Below are positions 30,991 to 43,778 of a DNA stretch of 64,000 bases, piece by piece. This DNA comes from the human T2T-CHM13v2.0 reference genome, Homo sapiens. Position 1 is the stretch's first letter. The number at the start of each line of letters is the position of its first letter. The stretch is from the NCBI RefSeq assembly GCF_009914755.1, contig NC_060935.1; one strand, 5' to 3'. Made by a program: the position numbers and the translations under genes. The notes beneath the pieces were generated by a model. The model was not told where the DNA came from and did no database searches. It saw only the letters and a list, made by a program, of their open reading frames with translations.

Positions 30991-32229
30991 CAAGTAAACA
31001 AATACATAAAGCTGTCTAGCATTTCCTCTCCCTGATTGCTGAAGAGAGTATGGAGTAGGGGGCCAGGGAGCTTTCTGTGGCCATTTTGAAGCACATTTCA
31101 TCTTCTTACAGAGACGTGGATTACATTTAAGGAGTGCCTGGTATGTGTGTTGGTGGTGTGTAGGTGGAAGTTTGTGGGAATGATGTAGGGCTGAGTGGAT
31201 TAAACACAGCCTCTTCTTTTCCTTCCGTAGGCTGATTTGAAAGGTATCAGCAATGTGCCTTTCTGATACAGTTGCTTCAAAAGGGAAGTGTGGCTCTTTG
31301 GCAGGCTATGAATCCTGCCTTTCCTGTTTGTAGGCACAATGAAAACCAAATGAAAGTCAGCTGGATTTTGATAAACGCTGCCAAAAAAGCTGTGCTCCTG
31401 AGCTGCTCATCATACTCTTCTCTTTGTTGGGTTTATTTTTGTTTTAAAGACATAATTGTATCTGGCAGGAGCCTGCAGAAACCCCACAGTGGGATAGAAT
31501 CAATCCCTGTTTTGTATCTCTGTGAGCAAAGCAGACTTGCAAAGCATGTGAGCCTCCACGTGGCAGTTACTGTGTCTGCCCAGTCACCTCTAGTTCAGTC
31601 TTCAGTTTTCAGGAGAGAGCTTCATAAACTCACTTCGAGGGTGATAAAGAAGATGACATAGAGGAGTGAGCATGAGTATGAAGATGGTCATTTACAAGTG
31701 AAACCTAACAGCTTAGACTAACATAGATCTTGTGCTTGCATATCAATGAATGTGAATTCCTGGGACTTCAACCACATGGCTCAGTGCCGTACCATTTTGT
31801 AAGCTCAAAGTTGAATGTAAGAGTATGAGGTGAATGCAAGTTGTTCTAAATTACTTTGTTTGATTCCATGACTCAAGATAATTATTCCTCAATGCAATCT
31901 GTGTTTGAAAGCACAGAAAGGCAAACAGCCAGGCAGAGGCAAAATAAATAAATAATAAAATAAAATAAAATAAAATAAAAGGCTCACCTTTCCTTTGAAC
32001 TAGATGAAGGAGCTCATTACAGAGATTCAACCAGAGTTGACTTCACTGAGGCACCTCTGCTCTGTACAACAATTACCCTAGAAGGAGGTTCCCCATGGTA
32101 GTTATCTTACAGAGAAAAGATTGATTAATGATGCTGGCTAATGGAGCTTAAGTGTGCTATGTGAAGACAGTAGGTTGTTGATTCTCATATATTGTCATTG
32201 CCTTCGTATGCTTTTAGACTATATTTTTA

Positions 32230-33480
32230 TGCATTAAATTTAAGATTAAGGAAGAAAAATCATATGATTATCCCAAACAGAATAATAATTTGATAAAATG
32301 CAAAATCTATTCAACACAAATACTTCTAACAGAATAAAAGAAAACATTCCTATTCTTATAATGTAAATCTATGAGTACTTACCAAAAACCACACTATTTG
32401 ATTTTCAAAAATTAGAAGCATTCCTGTCAGTGTCAGAAAATAACTTAGGAATATCTGGTACTATCACCCTATCCAGCATTACAGTGGAAATGAAAATACA
32501 TAGAATGCAATAAGACAAGAAAAGCAAATTATAGATTTTCTCTCCACAGTTGCCCATGGTGAATCCCAGCCCTGTGACTCCGGGGGCACCCTTTGAACTG
32601 TCGCAGCCTGCAGTCATTGAGGGGTTTAGCCCCACTGCAGCAATCCAGAAGGTTTCAAGGAAAAGTTCCTTTGCAAAGACATGCAAGAACCCAACAGTAC
32701 CCATAGGTTGCCTGAGCAAGGCCATCACCCTTACCTACAGCCTCTTCTACTGCTTCTACCAGGGCCATAGCCAGTGCTTTCAGCTCATGACACGCACCTG
32801 CATTACCACTCAGGGCTTCACAGTCACAGCAATCTTGCTGCATCTGCTATGGAGTCTTGACCCCTAGCCCGTTGTCTGGCCTTGAAAGCTCTGTCAACAT
32901 TATTCCAAGACCCAAGAGCAATCATTGGCCCTACCATGAGACTTATTTCCTCTTCTCCTTTGAGAGACCCCTGAGTCTTTAGGGGAGAAAGTGGCCCTGT
33001 GTGTAACTGTAACTGAAAGATTTTTTCTTCAAAAACCCCAGATTCTGTTCAGTTTGGTGTTACACACATTTATTTGTGCCACACCTCCTTCACTTAATAA
33101 ACTCTAATCCACTTATTAAAAAAACTTTTATAAGAAAATATAAGAGTATATATTTACAGTAGCAGAGTACAAACGCACTTCTGGAAAAGATAAAAATCAC
33201 AATAAAGGGAAAGGTAGACACATTTTACTACATTAAAATGAAAAATATAATCTCAATGACAACAGCTTAAACAGCTGAAAGATACGTTACAAATGGAAAA
33301 CTTTACTTTGTATGTGACTAACAAAGGTAAATATGTTGAACACACATAAGAGCTCATTGAAAATCAACAAGAAAAAGATGTGCTACCGAATAGAAAAAAG
33401 TGTCAAAAGTTTGAAACCAGCAATTTTCATGACAGGAGATCTGAAAGGCCAATATGCATATTAAGGGATGCTCTAGATAT
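32230..33480 (+). mobile_element. Old L1M ORF2 fragments hosting the HIGD2A retrocopy
   Basis: aaaatcatatgattatc, ttagaagcattcc and aatgcaataagacaagaaaa upstream of the retrocopy; tacattaaaat and aaatcaacaagaaaaaga downstream. Confidence 0.65.
32534..33124 (+). pseudogene. HIGD2A: Processed retrocopy of HIGD2A (HIG1 hypoxia-inducible domain family 2A). The symbol given is the parent gene. Open frame 32556-32867 (103 aa).
   Basis: Translation MVNPSPVTPGAPFELSQPAVIEGFSPT...NPTVPIGCL...QLMTRTCITTQGFTVTAILL aligns with recalled HIGD2A MATPGPVIPEVPFEPSKPPVIEGLSPT...NPVVPIGCL...QLMMRTRIAAQGFTVAAILL. The copy is intronless and has a HIGD2A-like 3' UTR (gtctggccttgaaagctc, gtgtaactgtaac), AATAAA at 33096-33101 and an A-tract remnant at about 33118-33124. 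It sits in A-rich L1 sequence. Confidence 0.93.
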
Positions 33481-34913
33481 CAGGCAGTCCTCACTTTGCA
33501 CAGTTCTCATATGCCCAGATTTTAGTCACAAAGTTTAGTTAAACAACACAAGTATTCCAACAACATAGTTTAAATTTCAAGCACCAGGGTATATTAACTG
33601 TGAGTAATTACATGAAGTACAAACTTTGCTGCTAGTTCTTCAGTTTACCGTGTAAATAACAGAAGCTCATGATGATCAGTGATTGACTATCTCACCTCTT
33701 TTTAAGTCTATGAATAATTGGTCATTGCACATCTGTTATCTAATTTATAAACAGTCAACAATCCATATAGTTGTGTGCCACCGCCGCCGCCTCCTGCTCC
33801 TTCTGCTCCTCCTCCTCCTTCTTCGTCTTCCTTTTTTTCTTCCTTAGACACAGGGTCTCACTCTGTGGCCCTAGCTGGAGTGCAGTGGTGTAATCATGGC
33901 TCACTGCAGCTTCAATCTCCGGGGCTCAAGTGATCCTCAGCCTCAGCCTCCCAAGTAGCTGGTACTCCAGGTACATGCCACAACATCTAGTTAATTTAAA
34001 TATATATATGTATATTATATATATAATATACATATAATATATAATATACATATATATATGGAGATAGGGTCTCACTCTGTTGCCCAGGATGTTTTCAAAC
34101 TTCTGGCCTCAAGCAATTCTCCCTGCCTTGGCCTCCCAGAAGTGCTGATATTATAAGCACAAGCCACTGTGCCTAGCCTGTGTTGCTTCCTTGCTAGGAG
34201 TAGCACCATGTAACATTTTACAGAGAAGGAATTGGCCAACAAAGATGAAAGTGCAGCAAAGAAATACAGCAATAACATTGGAAGTGAAATTTGAAACAAA
34301 TATAAGTGGAGTTACAAAGAAGCTAGCTCATGATGGGAGTGCTGACACTGCCACCACTTGAGAGGTTCCAATGTGATGCCAGAGTAAAATAGTGAAGATA
34401 AACTTATTGATGTGAATGAGGAGCATGGTTATAATAAAAAGGATAAAGATGTCCCAGAGAAATTGGTGCTGCAAAAAACTTCACCATAATGGACATGTCA
34501 GATATTTATACTTTTATCATAGTGAAAGGATAAAATATTCCAAATTTAGAAAGGAGTAGTATGACAATTCACCGAGGGACAGGAAAAATGCTTTCTCTGC
34601 ATCATGTTACACAACAAGAAAGCACAAGCATTAAACTGCTCTTAATTTGTTTTTAAAGAAATAAAACACTAATTCTCTATTTTTCTAATGTTTTAAATTA
34701 CTGTGTACTTAGTAAATACTAGCATTACTTTTTTCATTTTTCTATATATTTATAAACAAGAGTAAGAGAGTTTTAAATGTTTTGACAACAATTTTTAAAG
34801 GTCAAAGAACAACTTTAATTTATTCCATTGATTATTCAGATCACTTTGCATGGTTTCAGTCTGCATAGTCATTTTTAAAGCCCCACACCACTATGCTACG
34901 TGGGTACTGCCTG
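33481..34913 (+). mobile_element. Tigger6-like DNA transposon, interrupted by an AluJ
   Basis: Terminal inverted repeats caggcagtcctcactttgcacagt and actatgctacgtgggtactgcctg. Internal ggtatattaactgtgagtaatt and catgatgatcagtga. Confidence 0.8.
33778..34177 (-). mobile_element. AluJ with a (CCG/CCT/CTT) tail and a (TA)n-expanded linker
   Basis: gacacagggtctcactctg, aatcatggctcactgcagc and ctcaagcaattc; TA-rich run at about 33998-34059. Confidence 0.92.
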
Positions 34914-35579
34914 CACTGTTAATCAGAACAATGCACATCAAACCACCATGAGATACCTTTTCAGATCCATCAGATTAGAAACAGTTAAACATTTGAAATG
35001 TACCATTGTATGGTCAGCCTTAACTTCACGGCCTTATAAGAACTGAAATCCCTCAAAGGCAGGAAGAAGCATGGAAACATTAGTACAAAGAACAGGCTGC
35101 TGAGATTGCCCCCATATTAGACCAAGTCCCCAGTGAATGCATCAGGAGCAGGTGCACCTAACTTCCCCCAGTCTAGGAATTCTTCAGTGAAGCAATAACT
35201 ATTGGTTATAAAACAGATGTAACAATGTTGAAACATTGTCAAATGACAACTTTATTATTTGCTAGCTACACTGACTTGACCCCAGACAGCAGTATAAAAA
35301 TTAGATTAAATATTTATGCAAACCTCAAACCTTTTTTCTAATCTTTGATTATCCAAGGTTTTACTTAGTACCTCCCTCAGGGGAATATATACACCTCATG
35401 GACAATCCCAAGTATTACACATTTTTATGACCAAGTAAGATGTATATATCCAATTTTTTTATTATTATATCATAATAAGGGAGAGTCTTGGTATTTTACT
35501 ACTTCTTCAGACTCATGCAGAATATATTTTTGATAATAACCCTAAAGTGTGTTTATTTTTATCCAAATGTAGATAAGCT

Positions 35580-36120
35580 ATTTTTAAATATTTAATCTGT
35601 TGTTCAGGTTGAGTAATTTCTATTGAACTACCTTCAAGTTCATTGACTGTCCTCAGTTCTATCCATTTTGCTAATGAGTCCATTCAGTAAATTTTTTATT
35701 TCAGAGATTATATTTTTCAATTATAAAAATTTCCATTTGGTTCTTTTGCATAACTTCTATTTCTATGCCTAGGGCTTTTACTTCTGATTTATTTCAAGAG
35801 TGTTTACCTTTACTTCATGGAATGTAATTATAATAGATGATTTGAAGTCTTTGATAATTCCAACCTCTAGGGATCTCAGGATGATATCTGTTGGTTATCA
35901 AAAGATAATCCTTTACAATTGGTTATTTTCCTAGTTCTTTTGTACATCAAAATAACTAATGTTGTCTTTTGAACATTTTGAAAATCATGTCGTGAGACTC
36001 TGGATCTTGTTATAATCCTCTGGAGAATGCTGCTATTTTGTTTGTCTAGCAGACAATAAACCTCACTAATATCAGACTTCAAATTCTGTTTCACTTTCTG
36101 TGGGTAATGTTTCCAAATAT
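35580..36120 (-). mobile_element. Old L1M 5'/ORF1 region
   Basis: taatttctattga..accttcaagttcattga and ttttttatttcagagatt..atttccatttggttcttt. Confidence 0.7.
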
Positions 36121-36121
36121 C

Positions 36122-37261
36122 ATTTTATTATTTTTATTTTTCATTATTTACTTTCCATAAGTTATTGGGGTACAGGTGGTATTAGGTTACATGAGTAAGT
36201 TCTTTAGTGGTGATTTGTGAAATCCTTGTGCACCCATCACCGAGCAGTATACACTGCACCATATATGTTGTCTTTAATCCCTCGCCCACTTCCACTCTTC
36301 CCCACAAGTCCCCAAAGTCCATTGTATCATTCTTTTGCCTTTGTGTCCTCATAGCTTAGCTCCCACATATTAGTGAGAACACAGGACATTCGGTTTTTCC
36401 ATTCCTGAGTTACTTCACTTAGAATAATAGTCTCCAGTCTCATCCAGGTCACTGCAAATGCAATTAATTCATTCCTTTTTATGGATGAGTAGTATTCCAT
36501 TACATATAGGTATACCACAGTTGCTTTATCCACTAGTTGATTGATGGGCATTTGGGTTGGTTCCATGATTTTGCAGTTGTGAATTGTGCTGCTATAAACA
36601 TGCGTGTACAGCATCTTTTTCGACTTCTTTTCTTCTCGGTGGATACCCAGCAGTGGGATTGCTGGATCAAGTAGTAGTTCTACTTTTAGTTCTTTAAGGA
36701 ATTTCCACACTGTTTTCCATTGGGGCTCTACTAGTTTACATTCCCACCAGCAGTGTAGACGTGTTCCCTGGTCACCACATCCACACCAACATCTACTGTT
36801 TTTCAATTTTTTGATTATGGCCATTCTTGCAGGAGTAAGATGGTATCACATTGTGGTTTTGATTTGCATTTCCCTGATCATTAGTGATGTTGAGCATTTT
36901 TTCATATGTTTGTTGGCCACTTTGTTGGCCATATGTTTGTTGGCCATCTTCTTTTGGGAATTGTCTATTCATATCCTTACCCCACTTTTTGATGTGATTG
37001 TTTGTTTTCTTACTGATTTGTTTGAGTTTGTCGTAGATTCTGGATATGAGTCCTTTGTCAGATATATAGATTGTGAAAATTTTCTCCCACTCTGTGGGGT
37101 GTCTGTTTACTCTGCTGGATGTTCCTTTTGCTGTGCAAAAGCTCTTTTGTTTAATTAGATCCCAGCTATTTATCTTTGTTTTTACCGCATTTGCTTTTGG
37201 GTTTTTGCTTACGAAATCTGTGCCTAAGCCAATGTCTAGAAGGGTTTTCCCAATGTTTTCA
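36122..37261 (-). mobile_element. 5'-truncated L1PB-type element (ORF2 C-terminus and 3' UTR)
   Basis: ORF-track peptides [34 protein letters not shown] and [17 protein letters not shown] are L1 ORF2. 3' UTR ttattggggtacaggtggt...gagtaagttctttagtggtgatt. Confidence 0.93.
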
Positions 37262-37387
37262 AACCCTTTACTACATTGCTTTGGATCTTTCCCATGAATG
37301 CACCACTCAGACATTAGTCTATTTCATGGAGTAGTTTCCTGTTCACAGACATTGCTATGCTATTTTGGGTCTGTTCCACAAATGCAT

Positions 37388-37778
37388 TGTCTTAGTCCAT
37401 TTGGTTGCTATTACAAAAAACAAAAGGAAGGACGGAAAAAAAACAGTCTGAGTGGCTTATAAACAACAGAAATTTATTTCTCATAGTTCTCAAGGCTAGG
37501 AAGCTCTATATAAAAGTGACAGAAGATTCAGTGTCTGATGAAGGACTATTTCTGGTCCATAGATGTTATGATCCAGATGTTATGATCGTCTGTTATGGCC
37601 TCATGTGGCTTAAGGGGCAAGAGTGTGCTTCAGAGTCTGTTTTATAAGGAATCTAATTCCATTAATGAGGGCTCATAATGTAATACATTCCCAAAGGCCC
37701 TACTTCTCAATACCAATTCAATGGTGATTAGGTTTTAACATATGAATTTTGGGAGAGACAAACTTTCAATTTTTAGCA
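37388..37778 (-). mobile_element. MLT1A-type MaLR solo LTR
   Basis: tgtcttagtccat...gcttataaacaacagaaatttatttctcatagttct...cccaaaggccc...aacatatgaattttggg. Confidence 0.88.
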
Positions 37779-40700
37779 GTGATGCTCAAGGTGGAGTTAA
37801 GAACTTGTGTCCATTTATACACAGAATTAGGGTATCTGCTTCTCTAGCTCTTTCTTCTCTTGGAGGTAGACTGGAGCCACCCTTGAGGCAAAGTGAAGGA
37901 AAAGAGAGAAGGAATAAAAATGGGATTCATATTTTTCATTCACACTCTTCAGACCACAGGGCTCCCTTTTTCCAGTTTCTCTGACTAGAGGGGTTTCTCT
38001 TGGCATTACACACACATTGCACATACACATCAATATAGATAAGAAATAATTCCCGTTTGAAAATTTTCTTAAAGTCATTTAAGTTTATTATTTCACAGAA
38101 ATGAAATAAACTGTACAGCATTGGTCATAAGCATAGGTACTAGATGAGTGATATAAACAATGATAAATGGCAGGTAATTATGCCATTTTTTTCACTATTA
38201 TTATTAACTTCTTCTGATTTAGAAAAAGGGAACAATTATTCAGATATTCAGTAGAAATTTTAAGATGCAAAAAATACTAACTACAATTCTTTGGCAATGA
38301 AAGTAGACTATTTCTTCTATTTTGCTCTGCATGTATGAAAGGAGTCAGAATGGCCTTTTATTTTAGTAATTTTTCTAACAGAGGGATGCAACTCTACTTA
38401 GCCATTGTTAGCAAAGCTGGACCAGAAGAACGGCACTCATCGTTTAGGTAGCAATCAAAATTGCAAAGCAAATTTATCTGAATCAAAGAGTGAAATAAGT
38501 AACTTACTCCTTGATCTTGGAAAAAGAGCAAAACTTAAGGTCTAATAAAACTTCTAGTTTCAATTTCAACAAGTAAAGAGCTTGAAGTCATCACTCTAAT
38601 CTTTACAATAACAGCAAAAAAACCTTGACAAACTGAAAAACAAGTACTTTCCTTGGGTCTATGAGATAGCTGAAGTAGCAGGGCAAACCATCATTCTAGA
38701 ATCTGGAAAGACAAGAGCATCGGGAGACATGCAGAAAACTGCTTACCGGCAGAAGAAGGCACGGGAGCCATTGATTAGTAGTAATATTTAAATAGTAATT
38801 ATGACAACCTGCTGGAGGGTACATGTGGACTAGAGTAGAGTGAGAGTGAGAATCTCCTGTGGGCCTTAGTCTTGAAGGGGACACCGTTTTATGAGCTTGA
38901 TCTCTATAAATCCCATTAGATTCACATAGTGAAGATCTCAGAGACATCACCTAGCTCAAGCACGATTTGTGGAACCGTAATCATTTCGACATACACCCAG
39001 AGTCACCTTTGTAACAGGTGTAGGAAATTCCTTTCCTACTCATCGGAGGAAAGCCATTTTCCAGAGCCTTATCCCAGCTGGAAGAAGGTAATTCTTCACA
39101 CAGTAGCTCCCTCCAGCCTTCCTGTCTCGCAAAAGAGGTAAGGGCCTTACAGAAAAAGATTCGGAACACAGTAGCCAGGGAAGGGAGTAGCGGTCAGGGA
39201 TTTGGGAGAGAAGCCATGCCACTAGAGAAACCCCTGTGAAAGTTACATTAGACCAGAAGACTGATATTTAATCAGAGTGTTATAGAAAGATCTTTGCTCC
39301 TCCACATTTTACCAACACTCCAACAAGGCTACAGTACAGTAACAGTGGATTACAGCTGAAAGCGCTGCAAGAGAGACTTTGAGGAAGACTATTTAGGGAA
39401 GCCCAAAGTCAAGAGGGAAGGAAATACTTAGAAAGCCAGAGTAATTTTAAGCTTCTGTCACTTATAGATACAGTAAACATTAAACACAGCCCAACTCTTA
39501 GCTAGATAAGCAAAAATCTTCACACTAAAGGCCTATTTATCTCAGTTTCCATTGCCAGTTCAACTTGTCCAGATTTCAGCAAAAAGCACAAAGCATGGCA
39601 AAAGCAATGAAAAACCATATTCTAAAGAGATACAGCAATATTGTAACAAGACTCAGATATAACATAGATATTGGAATCATTAGACATACTATAAATAATA
39701 TGGTAATGGCTCTAAAAAAAGAAGTTGACAACATGCAATAACGGATGGCCGATATAAACAGAAAAGACAAAAATCTAAGAACGAATTAGAAGGCAAGCCT
39801 ATACTATCCAAATACTATAATAGAAATAAAAATATATTTAATGGGCTTTTCAATAGTCTGAATATATTTACAAAAATTATCAGTGACCCTAAATATAAGT
39901 CAAAAGAAATTGCCCAAACTAAAATGCAAATAAAAGATAAAAGAAAAATAAACTTTTTGGATTAATAAAAATAGAAAAAAGAAACAGAATATCTAAGAAT
40001 TGTGGGGACAATAATAAAAGGTCTGCCATATGAATGATTACAATCCAAGAAAGAGAAGAAATAATGGAGCAGAAAAAAAAATATTTGATGTAATAATAAC
40101 AGAGACCTTTCAAAAATTAATTACAGACACTAAATCATAGGTTCAGAAAGCTCAGGACATGAACTAGAGTAAACATAAGCACACACAAACCCTACACATA
40201 CACAGACACAGACACACCTCTAAGCATATTATCTTCAAATTGCAGAAGTCCACATACTAAGGGAAAATCTTGAAAGATGCCAGAGTCAAAAGCACCTCAC
40301 TTACAGAGAAACAAGGATAAAAATTACGATAGTTTCCTTGGCAGGCCATGAAAGCAAAAGTAGAGTGCAGTGAAGTATTTAAAATGTTGAAAGAAGTAAC
40401 CACCAACCTAGAAATCTATATCCAGTGAATGTATCCTTCAAAAGTGAAGAAAAAATACCTTACCAAACCCTCCAAAAATTAATAAAATTTATCATCAGCA
40501 GAACTTGCCTGTAAGAAATAGTAAGAGATGTTCTTTAGCAGAAAAAAAGTTACATAGGCCAGAAACATGGATCTAAATAAAAAAGGAAGAGTTACTGAAT
40601 AGGTCAAGATCAAATAAAATATATATTTTTTTCTTCTTAATTGCTGTAACATGCAACTAGTTACTTATAACAGGAACAATGTCTTGGGTAATTATAGTAC

Positions 40701-41880
40701 ATGAATAACTGAAATAAAACAGTGTCACAGGATAGGAAGGAAAAACTGAGGATACTCTGTCATAAAAAACCTGCACTAAACATGAGGAGTATGGCATTAT
40801 TTGAAGGTGAACATAGATTAGTTAAAAATTTGCAGTGTAAATCCTAAGACAGCCCCTAATTTTGCATAAAAAGAAGTTAATTGATATGCTGAGAGGGTCA
40901 ATAAAAAGGAGTCACGTTAAACGCTCAATTAAAACCAAATAAAGCAGAGAAAGAGGGAAAAATCAAAGAAGAAAACAACAGAAAACACAAAAATAGTAGA
41001 TATTAATCAAACAATATTTATAGTCACTTTAAGTGTGAGTGGTCTAAATACCTCAATTAAAGATTTCCAGAGAGGATAAATATAAGATACAACTGTATGT
41101 TGTCTACAAAAAAGTCACATTAGATGTAAAAATTCAAATAAATTAAAAGTGAATAGATATAGAAATATATACCATGCTAACATGAATCCAAATAAAGCTG
41201 GAGTATTTCTCTTAATTTCAGAAAATCCAGACTTTAGAATAAGGAATGTTATCAGGTATAAGTAGAGGAATTACATAATAATATAAAGGTCAATACTGCA
41301 AGAAAATGTGACAATCCAAATGAATATACACCTAACAATAGAGCATCAAAATATATGAGACAAATTCTGATAGAAATAAAAGAAGAAATAGACAGATCCG
41401 TTATTCTAGTTAGAGATTTTAGCAACCTCTGTCAGTAATGATTAATCAAGCAAGCAGAGTATCAGTAACAATCTAGATGACTTAAATAGCACCATTAATC
41501 AACATGATCTAATTGTCATTTATAGAATACTTCACTCAACAAAGCAGAATTTATGTTTTTCTCAAGCTCATATGGAATATTCAGCAAAATAGATCATATT
41601 CTGTGCCACAACTCAAATCTTAACAACTTTAAATAACTAGAAATTACACAAAGTATGCTTTCAGACCACCAAGGGAATTAAGCTAGAAATCCATAAAGGA
41701 AAAACAGCTGGAAAATCCCCACGTATTTGAAAATTAAACAACATTCTTTGAAATAACACATGGATCAAAGACACCTCATGAAAAATTAAAAAGAAATACT
41801 TTCAACTAAATGAAAATAAAATACAATTTATCAAAATTTGTGAGATGCAAATGATAATAGTGGACAGACATCAAACACAC

Positions 41881-42569
41881 ATTAAAATAACAGATGCTGG
41901 CAAGATTATAGAGAAAAGGGAACACTTATACACTGTTAGTGGGAGTGTAAATTTGTTCAACCACTGTGGAGAGCAGTATGGTGATTCCTCAAAGAGCTAA
42001 AAGCAGAACTACCATTCAATTCAGCAATCCCATTACTGGTCATATACCCAGAGGATTATAAGTCATTCTGCCATAAAGACTCATGCACGGAAATATTCAC
42101 TGAGGCACTATTCAGAATAGCAGAGACACAGAATCAAACTAAATGCCCATCAGTGACAGATTGGATAAAGAAAATGTGGTGCATATGCACCGTGGAATAC
42201 TATGCAGCCATAAACAAGAAGGAGATCGCATCTTTTGCAGGAACATGGAGGGAGCTGGAGGCCACTATCCTTAGCAAACTAACACAGGAACAGTAAACCA
42301 AATGCTGCATGTTCTCACTTGTAAGTGGGAGCTAAATGATGAGAACTCATGAACACAAAGAAGGGAACAATAGACACTGGGGTCTGCTTGAGGGTGGAGG
42401 GTGGGAGGAGTGAGACGAGCAGAAAAACTAACTATTGGGTACTAGGCTTAGTACCTGGGTGATGAAATAATTTGTACAACAAATCCCTGTGACACAAGTT
42501 TACCTATATAACAAACCTTTACATGCACCCCCAAACCTAAAATAAAAGTTAAAAATTAAAAATAAAAAA
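41881..42569 (+). mobile_element. 5'-truncated L1PA (about L1PA13-15) nested in the old L1
   Basis: aataacagatgctggc ... gcaatcccattactgg ... ctattgggtactaggcttagtacctgggtgatgaaataat ... aacctaaaataaaagtt. Confidence 0.9.
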
Positions 42570-43099
42570 ATGGTCCTGAGAGCTAAAAAAGGAAAAGAAG
42601 AAAAATTAAAAATCTATAACCTAAGCTCCCACCTTATGAAACTAGAGGAAGAAGAACAATTTAAGCTTAAATTGAACAGAAAAAAATACAGGTTAGAGAA
42701 TAAATCAATGAAATTGAAAACAATAGAACAAAAGAGAAAAATTAATGAAACTAAAAGCTGGTTCTTGGAAAAAATTAACATAATTTATAAACCTCTAACC
42801 AGGCTAACCAAGGAAAAAAGGGAGAAGATAAATTTCTAATATCAGAAAAGAAAGAAAGAGAATCATATTGGATCCAATGGGCATTCAAATGATAAGAAAT
42901 ATGACGAGTGACTCCGTCCCTACAAATTTAAAAATTTAGATAAAATGGAATTCTTGAAATACACATACCAAGAAAAACAAAAACCAAACCAAAAGAAAAA
43001 ACCTACAACCAACACAAGGAGAAATAGATAACTTGAGTAGCCCTACATTGATAAAATAAATTGAATCACTAAGAAATAATCTTCCAAAAAAGAAGGCAT

Positions 43100-43340
43100 C
43101 CATTCTGGGCAATATAGCAAAATGCAAAACCTGGTCTCTCAAAAATTAAAAAATTAGCCAGGCAGGATGGGGCACACTTGTAGTCTCAGCTACTCAGGAG
43201 CCTTACTTGTGGGGAGGACTGCTTTAACCATGGGAGTAAGGAATGCAGTGAGCCATGATTGCATCATTGCACTCTAGCCTGGGCAACAGAGCAAGGCCCT
43301 GTCTCAAAAAGTTAAAATAAAATAATAAAATAAAATAAAA
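43100..43340 (+). mobile_element. 5'-truncated AluJ
   Basis: ctgggcaatatagc...gggaggactgc...gcagtgagccatgattgc...gcaaggccctgtctc, then a (TAAAA)n tail. Confidence 0.88.
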
Positions 43341-43778
43341 TGGAGACTTCAAGTTCAGACGGTTTTATGGGTAAATTCAGCCAAATATTTAAGGAGAGAA
43401 AATGTTACCAATTCTCTGCAATTTTTTCTGGAGAGAGCACTTTCTAACTCAATGTATGAGTTCAGTCTTTCCCAGATAATGCCATTGCAAGAAAGAAAAA
43501 CTTCAGAACAGGTATCTCATGGACATAGATAAGAGATTATTCAGCAAAATATTCAACATAGTACTGGAAGTTCTATCTAGTGCAATAAGACAAGAAAAAT
43601 AAATAAAAGCTATACATTTTGAAAATCAAGAAATAAAACTTTCTTTGTTCATAGATAAAATTATTGTCTATGTAGAACTGCTCCTCTCAGAAAAGTCCCT
43701 CCTGGAATTAATAAGCTAAAGAGCAGTTGGTTTTGTGTATCGGCCTTGTATTCAGTGACCTTGCTATTTAGCCTATTA

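Noticed and set aside
32405-32843. Antisense ORFs (107 and 62 aa) overlapping the retrocopy
   Set aside because: Shadow ORFs of GC-rich former coding sequence, with no recognisable homology.
32534-33124. Possibility that this is the functional HIGD2A gene itself
   Set aside because: It has no intron, no CpG-island promoter, heavy CpG decay and indels, and it is embedded in L1.
36908-36947. Triplicated tttgttggcca inside the L1PB
   Set aside because: Ordinary slippage duplication in a dead L1.
36327-37314. Long ORFs of 165, 184 and 173 aa
   Set aside because: They are frameshifted L1 ORF2 remnants and their antisense reading, not a cellular gene.
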